From Cirrosporium novae-zelandiae (lineage: Eukaryota), in NCBI GenBank assembly GCA_026023565.1, contig JAPETS010000058.1, forward strand, positions 116,595 through 136,594: a stretch of DNA of 20,000 bases. The letters run 5' to 3'. Positions 10,402-18,617 of this stretch are shown piece after piece (within the stretch, counting starts at the first letter, position 1; each line of letters opens with the position of its first letter). Below the pieces are notes generated by a model, which made no database searches, was not told where the DNA came from, and was given only the letters and a program-made list of their open reading frames with translations. The translations under genes were made by a program, and so were the position numbers.

Positions 10402-11429
10402 TCAGTCCAAATCCATCTCCTCGTCCACGACCCCCCCTCCAACCAGCATCTTCCTCCTGGTTTTCCTCTCCCGTTTCTGCCCCTCCACCTTTGTGGTTTC
10501 TTCCATCGTATCCTCCATATCCATAATAGTACTCTCTTCCAATTCCATGGAATTCTTCTTCTCCTGCAGCTCCGGCGGCAACAGATGTCCCTGCTCCTTG
10601 ACCAGTTTCCTGTCTTCCTCAAGCACTCTCGCCTTCTTACCAGCCATCCGTTTCTTGTAGAAGACGCGCTCGCGACGGGCGCGGATCTCGCTGACACGAC
10701 CCATGGCTTTGATGGTGGTGGCGACCAGGTCTCTGTTGTATCTTGTGGGGACGTTGCGGCGGGCGGCGAATGTGAGGGTGGTGTCGACAGTCATTTCTTT
10801 GCCATGCGCGGCGCGGTACGCTTTGGTCCAGCCGAGCTGGGGAGGAGATGTTAATACCGTACTATGTAACTAGAATAGTCGGTTGGCAGTTTGGACCAAG
10901 TACTTACTTTACGGGGATTTCTAAAAAAAAATAGATCGTTAGCATGCTTATCCCAAAAATTTGAACAGCCATAATAAAAGCACATCCTCCAGAAAAAAGT
11001 AGCGGGAAAATACCTTCGCATCTTGTAGTTCTTGTGACATTTCGACTAGTCGTTTCTGTCAGAGAGCATCAATTTATAGTGCGCATCTGGATACTTGCCT
11101 TGCAGAATCGAAACTAGACGCCAAAATCAGTATTTCCACATAACCACAGATTTTCATCGAACTCACCACTTTGGCATCATTCCTCACAAATTGAATCTGA
11201 ACCACACAGTTAGTTCCACCTCTTCTGAATATGGTGATCTTTATTACTCACTCCCTTAGACGGATAGACGGGCTACTATGGGTTAGTAGCTTCGATAGAA
11301 AAGGGCACGGCAAAATGGTAATTTAGACATACAGCGCTGCAGAAGCTGCAAGTTTCGACCCTATGATTAACCAAGTCAGCAAAGCTAGCTCTAAGGTTTA
11401 TATAAGCTGGGGAAGAATAAGTACCTCAT
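10402..11429 (-). CDS. RLP24: 60S ribosome biogenesis protein Rlp24, 192 aa. Exons 11429-11425, 11360-11333, 11272-11252, 11196-11167, 11113-11099, 11045-11014, 10920-10908, 10836-10402
   Basis: The spliced product reads [93 protein letters not shown]..., i.e. an L24e-type Cys motif plus the Rlp24-specific continuation. Exon lengths sum to 579 nt. Confidence 0.95.
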
Positions 11430-11944
11430 GATTTATGACTTTATTCCTTTTTAGGAGCACGTAAAAAAGGTCCTCCCTAAGTTATAAAATATCAAGGTTT
11501 TGATGGATGCCCAGGCAGGTCGGCAAAAAATCAGCTACAGTAGATACACACAATCTTCCAAAAAATGAAATTAAGGTTAACCGCACGGCGCGGCTGTTTG
11601 GATTGTTAATGTGGGGTTCGGGTATGGTTAATGGCCAGCCAGGGATATTTCCGGAGAAGAGGAATTCTCCGTGTGGTGCGTGCTCGGACCCAAGTTCGGA
11701 GAACCCATGTTTGCTCATACAGTAGAAGAAATCCTTCAACTTCCAATTCATTTTCCATGCCGAAAAGAGCCGCGAAGATTTTCTATAGATATCTATTCTA
11801 GGTTTCTCTTTAACCCAGCTACCTACGGCCATCTTTTATACAACATCTCCTTGTCTCATTAGATAGACACCGTCAACTACCTAAGCCAACCGATACCCTT
11901 CCATTCCACACACACAACAAAACCCCCCCGAACTTCATTCAACC
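11430..11944. promoter_or_regulatory. Probable bidirectional promoter region between RLP24 and PAM18
   Basis: Only 515 nt separate two divergent start codons (11429 minus, 11945 plus). Confidence 0.6.
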
Positions 11945-12475
11945 ATGGCGTCAATACTAGTAGGAGGTTTTGCTGTCGCAACCGCAGCGTTCTTGGTATG
12001 GGCATACCCTCCCAAGCCTCTCTCAAACCCCACCCCCGTACAACAAAAAAAACTAATATTCTCCATTCGTTTAATCTCAGGGCCGTGCCGGACTAATCGC
12101 CATCCGCCGCTCACGGGGTGGCGCATCCGCCCTGGGGAAATCATTTTACAAGGGAGGATTTGACCCCAAGATCAATCGAAGAGAAGCAGCATTGATATTG
12201 CAACTCAAGTACGTTTTCTTTTTCAAACCGCTTTTTTTTTTAAGGGCGGCTACAATTACAATACCCCCCGCCCCCCTCTCCCAACAAACAAGAAAAAATA
12301 TAGGGGAACTAACTAGAAGAATCTTGGTTGTTGCAGCGAACGAACCCTCACCAAAGAAAAAATCCGAAAACATCACCGCCAGCTAATGCTCCTGAACCAT
12401 CCCGATCGAGGCGGGAGTCCGTACCTGGCTACGAAGATTAATGAGGCAAAGGAGTTTTTGGATAAGACTGGGTAG
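11945..12475 (+). CDS. PAM18: Mitochondrial import motor J-protein Pam18/Tim14, 105 aa. Exons 11945-11995, 12081-12208, 12337-12475
   Basis: N-terminal hydrophobic segment, [19 protein letters not shown], and a J-domain with [30 protein letters not shown] introns at 11996-12080 and 12209-12336. Confidence 0.96.
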
Positions 12476-12884
12476 AAGTGAATAGAATGGAATGGAATGG
12501 AATAATTATGAAAATGAAACAAGAAACTTCAAAAGCGAAAGGCTAGAAAAGATGAGAATATGTATATTATTTTGGGAGGCGGGCACACACAGGAAGGAAG
12601 AGATATCCTATGCTATTGCTATGCTTATACAGCGAAGGCGTTTTGGTCCGGTTCGGTTTTTTTGTCGGGAGGTTGAAAGAATGGTTCAAGGTTCTTTAAT
12701 CAATCTTATTCCCATCCATCCATCTATCTCTACCTCCACGGAGGTTGTACATATCTCCTGTACATATCAGAACAATCTCTCTCTCCTATTCATCTCTCCT
12801 CTCCTCTCCCCCCTCCCTTATCAAAACCCAATCCAAATTCACCTATCTTCTGAATCCAAAATCCCCCCCCCCTCTGGACCCCCT

Positions 12885-12926
12885 TTCTTCTTCTTCTTCT
12901 TCTTCTTCTTCTTCTTCTTCTTCTTC
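12885..12926 (+). repeat. (TTC)14 microsatellite
   Basis: Direct count. Confidence 0.9.
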
Positions 12927-12981
12927 TAGTGAAGTTGTATACATACATAGTTGTTGTACATGTACATACCGGTATAAACAA

Positions 12982-13012
<31 letters not shown>
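12982..13012 (+). repeat. Interrupted (TC)n microsatellite
   Basis: Directly visible. Confidence 0.85.
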
Positions 13013-13013
<1 letters not shown>

Positions 13014-13187
13014 CCTCCTCTTCCCCTCTATCAAACCCCCAAACTCATCCATCTTCCAAATTCGAAAATAGCTACCTACTTCTTTTTTTTCCTTAGTAAA
13101 GAGTGAAGTTGTACTGCTGTATTGTACTGTACATATGGGTAAATAATTTCTCTCCCCTCTTATTCTCCTATTCTTATCCCCCCCCTT

Positions 13188-13214
13188 TTCTTCTTCTTCT
13201 TCTTCTTCTTCTTC
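13188..13214 (+). repeat. (TTC)9 microsatellite
   Basis: Direct count. Confidence 0.9.
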
Positions 13215-13878
13215 TAGCCAAGCCTCCTCTCTCCTCTCCCTATTCCTCCATTTCCCCTTTCCCCTTTCCCCTTTCCCATTTCCCTCCCCCCCTCTTTCAA
13301 TTATTCCATGTGTTATTTATAAGTAGCCTCACCTCGCGATTCCCAACTTCCTTTTCTTTTCAAATTGCAAGATTTTTGGACAAGGTACAAAAATAAATTC
13401 AACCAAATGGCATTCTTGCATTCCCTTCTACAAGTACTTAGCCAAAAAAATTAAAGACTCTCTCTCTCTCAGATAAATTACAAGTACAATATTGAAACAA
13501 TGAATGTCTGCATATGTATGTTCCTATTGAATCATTCATTCTTCTCTGGGGTCCATCTACAGTAGCTTGTGCTTCCACAACCCCCCCCCTCAGAAACCGT
13601 ACCAAAAAAATATTTCTTTCCCCTCCCTTTTCCTTCTTCGTTTAAGCGTCTCGCCCACTGGTTTGGATATAAAGGTGTAGTTGCTTAAAGCTGTACCCTT
13701 TGTAACCCATCTTTATACATGCGACCCTCCCTTGGTCTGACCAACCAAAATTGTATTCTCGTCAACATATTTCCCAAGCCTCTGCCCGTGCTGCCTTCTA
13801 TCTGTATAAGACCTGGCCTCGAGCACCGGAGGCTCGTTGTGATTTAGTTGTCTGGCGAATCGTGTAATAGACCTGGAG

Positions 13879-14128
13879 GGGAATCCTAGCTACCCGCTCC
13901 ATCCATCCAATCTTGGACTGCCTCTGTCAAGTGGGACGCGACCTAAACGGTATGACCAAGGTAGTCACCTCGACGTTCCCGTTCAATAACGTACATATAT
14001 ATTTTCCCGGTTGTGATATTATTCTCCCGAGTCAAGGTGATGTTCAAGTATCGCTCATAGTTGCCGAGATCAAGGTCGACTTCCCCTCCATCATCGAGAA
14101 CAAAGACCTCCCCATGTTCAGTAGGGCT
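13879..14128 (-). pseudogene. URA7: CTP synthase (Ura7/PyrG-type) internal gene fragment, pseudogenised
   Basis: The minus strand reads [74 protein letters not shown][+4 nt]-ERVARIP, the synthetase-domain core. In-frame TAG at 13945-13943 replaces the conserved Gln, and a TGGA duplication at 13898-13909 shifts the frame. No N-terminus or glutaminase domain is nearby. Confidence 0.93.
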
Positions 14129-14201
14129 GGATTTTGGATAAGACTGAATCTCCTCCCATAGTTTGTCAGACGCTAAAATATCGAAAACGAAACGATGACA
14201 T

Positions 14202-14513
14202 TTATGACCAGTGTGAAAACAGTAATCCCGGCGTCAGGTACAATAGAGGACGGCCGTACTCGATTAGGCCAAACTTATCAATGACCGCTTTATTGTACTC
14301 GTAAGGGACCATCTGGCGGGCTATTCTCTTCATATAATCGACATGTTCCTTGACAAGGCCCAGCAGATGTGTGGCATCAATATCGCTTCCTTTCACTCCC
14401 CCCCCCCCCTGGCCATTTTTCACATTCGAGAGAATCAGAAAATATAATTTGCCACAATGAAGCAAAACTTCCGTGTCTAGCTCCTCTGACGACGCCCAGC
14501 CTTGTTGCATCAA
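14202..14513 (-). pseudogene. Possible degenerate KilA-N/APSES-like domain ORF
   Basis: IDATHLLGLV resembles VNATHILKAA, and VPYEYNKAVIDKFGLIEYGRPLLYL aligns without gaps to the recalled Mbp1 segment VPLNIAKQLAEKFSVYDQLKPLFDF. The spacer between the blocks is about 19 aa shorter. Comparison by eye only. Confidence 0.35.
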
Positions 14514-14799
14514 AATTTCGCTGCTCTGAGAAGCCTAACCTCCCTCGGGGTCTCATCCTCAACATATTCTACCGAAGAGGGAGGGTGAGGGGTATGGCTA
14601 TTTGGTATGGCTTCTCGAGAGGGTGTGTGGGCGGGTTATATATATCGAGACCATTTCGATTTTAGTAGGACCCCAAGTCTGTATGTCGTTGATATGGAGT
14701 GAAACAACTTCTTCGTGCCTCTTTTGTTCGATTGCTGGTTGGTTCATCTGACTTCGTATCGCTGCGGGCTATTGTTGTCAGGCATGAAGTGCTGAAAAA

Positions 14800-16110
14800 A
14801 ATGAGGTAAAATAGTAGCTCGACGGATGGTTGTTTGTTTGTTTGTTTGGGGATAGCACGTATGTACAGTACCTGGAAAGTTCTGTTCTGATAAAACTGTG
14901 TGTGGTTATTGTTTTTCCCCAACTCATTCTCTACGATTATCATCCCTTTTTAAAGTACAGTACAGTACATGTACCGTGGGCGCTTTCCTTTCTTTCTCCT
15001 GTAATAGTTGTAGGATGAATAAATGAATGAGCTAGTTTGTTATTTCCTTTAGTGTAGCACAATGCCCACATCTATCTTTCCTCAATAGATAGCTTTCTTA
15101 TACAATACCCAAAAGGACCTAGGGGAAAGGACACTTCATATATATCCCACCCAGTCAGTAATATGGGCATAAATTTTGATCAAGAAGGACATAGAAATTA
15201 TGGGTACTAGCTATTTTATAATACATACCCCATTCACATATATCCATCCATAATTATGTCCAAACACCTAATCTCTAGATATCTAAGACTTTTCTTTTTC
15301 TTTTTCTTTTTTTTCTAATATGCATACATGGAGATCAAGGCTATTGTTGTTGCTCCTGTTTAGATTCGTTAAGGTCTAAGAATGATTTGTTGGTTGGTGG
15401 TGTTGATACACTTATTATTGATATCTACGGTTATAGTTGTAGTTGTAGTTGTAGTTATAGGATATAGGTATATCATTACTACTACTACTACTACTACTAC
15501 TACCATCACCACCATTCACCATTAATCTCATATGTAGGTAGGTTCCAACACCCCCCATCCCACCCTCCCTTCCACCCTCTCTTTCCTCCCACTTTCTCCT
15601 CCGCTTCTTCCCACTCCAACAATACCAAAACCCCCCTCTCTAAAGTATTTTATATGGTCCACCTACCTACCTACCTTTCTACCTATAAGACATCCAAACA
15701 CACGACTGATACCCAACCAACCCTTTACATTTCCATTTCCATTTCCATCTTCCCAACTGATATTATTTCCAACTACATTTTATTTAATATATCATCCCCC
15801 CAAACCTCAAGACCTAAAGAACGTCAAGGACACGTTGACCTTACTCTTAATGCACTGACTCATTCATTCATTCATTAATTCAGTGACTCAGTCAAATCAG
15901 TCAATATACCATAGCGTATTACCAGTAGCAATACCAATCTCAACCCCCCCCCCCCAATCTAACCCAAAACGATCAAATAAATTCCTAGGCAATTATTAAA
16001 ATTGAAGGTAATTTATGTTATCTATATGCCTATCTGTTCAATACTAAGGAAGAAAAATAAGCAGTCCTCACCCCCCTCCCTCCCTCCCTCCCGTCCCGTA
16101 ATCCCCCCTT
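14800..16110. repeat. Low-complexity intergenic tract with (TTTG)n, (GTAGTT)n, (TAC)9 at 15477-15503, (CCTA)n, (CATT)n and C runs
   Basis: Short tandem repeats are directly visible, with no credible coding frame. Confidence 0.8.
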
Positions 16111-16661
16111 GAAAAGGAAAATATCCCACGACGGGCATATATAGCTAGCTACTGTAGCTATAACACCGGGTATAATCCGCTACAGGTTAATTAGCGGATA
16201 TCTAACCCATATTCCATTTGGCTCAGGGAGGCAAAACAATGTTGGCTCGACTGCCCAACATAGACAAGAGATTTTTAAAATATGTAAAACTCCCTATTTG
16301 TTTTTCTCGGAGGATTAATCCACCCACGTACTCGCCCGCCATTTCATTTGACCCGTATCTGCGTTCATGTCTCCATAATGATACGGAGCAGCGAAATCAT
16401 TTCTCCGATAAGTTGTTGCATAGGGAAAACTACACGCAACTACGAATAAAATAGAAATATGAGTGGGTAAATCCGATATTTCAATCTAGCTAAAGACCTA
16501 ATCTGTTCGGATGCGAGTTCGCATCACTCTCATTCTCCAATCAATATTGCTTGCCCCTGCCCAAGCCCAGAATATTTTTGCCGCCTTCCCAGAAGGTCAG
16601 AAAAGATAACCATGTATGAACAGTCTCATGATGATAGGAGAAAGATAATAGAGTCCGCAAA

Positions 16662-18617
16662 CTACAAGTGGAGGTCAGAATAACCCCCAACCCACTCACT
16701 CTCATCCACAATATCGTCGTCAAGATGGCGCAGTGGCTGCTGATACTGCATCTGCGAGTGAATGTTATTATGACGCCAGTCCTTCACATTTTGCCATCCT
16801 CCGGTACCCACGCCATTCTCCTTTCGATTGTCCCATGCGCCGTAATCAAACCCAGAAGATCCTAACCCCCAATCACGTCGCCAGTTCATTGATTTGAAAG
16901 CCTTCCCAATCCCGGACATGGAGTCCTTTGAAACGCCGTTTCCTGTTGCCTGGTATGCCCGCCTGCGGTTCCCAAGTGCCGCCCATTTGTCCATAATGTC
17001 CTTTTTTGGAGGAGGGGAGTGACGAGTTACACTAGATTTTGCCCTATGTCGAGTCACTGGCCGATCACCAACATCTTCAAAGGTAGTCGAGGCTAGATCG
17101 ACAGTGTTCTCATCGGGACTTCTGGTTCTGGTATTGACAACCGAGGTTCCCTTGAGTTCGGATAGCCCACGGGGACGGGCCCGAGGAGTTGCACTATCGT
17201 CCTTGCTCTCCTGACTCCAGGTTCTGCTATTCTTTTCACGTCTTGCCTTGAGAGCCTCCTCCTTAGCAAGGTCCTCTTCGTCTTCTTCCCAGAGATCGCT
17301 CCAGCTCTTGGACATGGCGTCACTATTCTTGCCGAATACCATCGACATGGAAGAGAAGGGCTTCGAAGTTTGGCTGGGAAGGGATCCGGTGATCTGGACA
17401 GGATCGGAACGAGGAGGTCCGCAATTAATAGGCTGACTTAGGGCGAAATTAGACTTGACGGAAGTCCCAAGTGCGGAGTCAAAGGTAGACGAGGTTGGCG
17501 TCTGACCTGCAACCGACATCCAAGATCCCGAGCTTTGTTCGGAAGATGGGAATAAATCCTCGTTGTAGATCTCCGTATCTGGGATGGCGGAGAGCTGGCG
17601 AATTGGCTGGGGTGGGGTTGAGTGTAGCACTTGGGCCCAAGGGAATCCACCTTGAGTCATCTCTGGAGACTGAATTGATGGAGTACGCAGAGGCTCGCGA
17701 TTGGCACTGGCAGCAATGACAGCGCGATCCTCGGTACAGAAGTCATCGAGAGCTTCATCATCCGTAGTAAAGCTCACAACACGCATGACCGCTTGACGGA
17801 CAGCACGTAAAGATCTCTTCATTGGGTCCATGGCCATGCAATGTGTTAGAATTTCAAACGTATCTTGAGACATGGTTGGGAAAACATCAAAAAGCGATTG
17901 ATTATCCCGCTTGAAGTCTGCGAACAAGACATCGGATTCGGTTGGAGTCACAAAGGGATTCCTCGAGAACAAGACGTTAAGTAGGCAAACACCGACTGAC
18001 CAGATATCAGCCTTAACAGGAGAATATCCCCTGTAGGAAGGATCATACTGTTCAGGTGCCATGTAACGATCACTACCCACACAGGCTTCGTATGACCAGG
18101 AGTCGGTTGTGGCAAGTCCAAAGTCGCCCAGCTTCATCGAACCATCCTGGGCAAGGAAGATGTTCTCGGGCTTGATGTCACGATGATACAATCCCTTGGA
18201 GTGGATGTATTCCACAGCATCGATAAGCTGGATCATAAAATCACGTACATTTTCGGTCTGAAGTGGGCCCCGTTCATGTCGAATAGCTTCATAGAGATCT
18301 CCCATGGAGCAGTATTCTAGCACGATGTAGGTATGATGTTCCGTCTCAAAAGAGTCGACGAGATTCACAATGTTGGGATGATTCCCGAGGCGCTTGTGAT
18401 GAGCCAATTCCTCGGAACAATCGTCCATGGAGATTGAGTTAGGGCAGGTCTCTGCGGCCGATGCCTTGGTGAGGCATTTGATGGCAACGTGCTCGTTGGT
18501 CAACAAGTCCCTAGCCAGGAAGACCATTCCAAAGGAACCATGGTTCAAGGGTGAAACAGTTACAAATCGTCCATCGAGGAGCCTCCCCTCTTGAAAATTA
18601 TCTTGCAGGCATTCCAT
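16662..18617 (-). CDS. KSP1: Ser/Thr protein kinase, Ksp1 (Ran1-related) type, 651 aa, intronless
   Basis: LNHGSFGMV glycine loop, VAIKCL, YHRDIKPEN, DFGLAT, VGSDRYMAPEQ, ADIWSVG and SRNPF, then a long low-complexity C-terminal tail with SKSWSDLWEE. The N-terminus MECLQDNFQEGRLLDGRF matches recalled Pezizomycotina Ksp1 proteins. Confidence 0.88.
   Translation of the reverse strand: MECLQDNFQEGRLLDGRFVTVSPLNHGSFGMVFLARDLLTNEHVAIKCLTKASAAETCPNSISMDDCSEELAHHKRLGNHPNIVNLVDSFETEHHTYIVLEYCSMGDLYEAIRHERGPLQTENVRDFMIQLIDAVEYIHSKGLYHRDIKPENIFLAQDGSMKLGDFGLATTDSWSYEACVGSDRYMAPEQYDPSYRGYSPVKADIWSVGVCLLNVLFSRNPFVTPTESDVLFADFKRDNQSLFDVFPTMSQDTFEILTHCMAMDPMKRSLRAVRQAVMRVVSFTTDDEALDDFCTEDRAVIAASANREPLRTPSIQSPEMTQGGFPWAQVLHSTPPQPIRQLSAIPDTEIYNEDLFPSSEQSSGSWMSVAGQTPTSSTFDSALGTSVKSNFALSQPINCGPPRSDPVQITGSLPSQTSKPFSSMSMVFGKNSDAMSKSWSDLWEEDEEDLAKEEALKARREKNSRTWSQESKDDSATPRARPRGLSELKGTSVVNTRTRSPDENTVDLASTTFEDVGDRPVTRHRAKSSVTRHSPPPKKDIMDKWAALGNRRRAYQATGNGVSKDSMSGIGKAFKSMNWRRDWGLGSSGFDYGAWDNRKENGVGTGGWQNVKDWRHNNIHSQMQYQQPLRHLDDDIVDESEWVGGYSDLHL

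Noticed and set aside
10158..10854. Overlapping alternative-frame and antisense ORFs at RLP24
   Set aside because: They are shadows of the GC-rich last RLP24 exon.
12492..13396. Poly-Phe/Ser/Glu/Arg/Leu ORFs
   Set aside because: They are reading-frame artefacts of (TTC)n and (TC)n repeats.
13943..13945. TAG in the CTP synthase fragment as an A-to-I editable premature stop
   Set aside because: Editing would give Trp, not the conserved Gln. There is also a frameshift and most of the gene is missing.
13913..14161. Plus-strand 82-aa ORF (MDCLCQ…)
   Set aside because: It is the antisense shadow of the CTP synthase fragment.
15856..15892. Two TGACTCA (Gcn4/CpcA-type) motifs
   Set aside because: They are embedded in (CATT)/(CAGT) simple repeats far from any supported gene start, so chance occurrence is likely.
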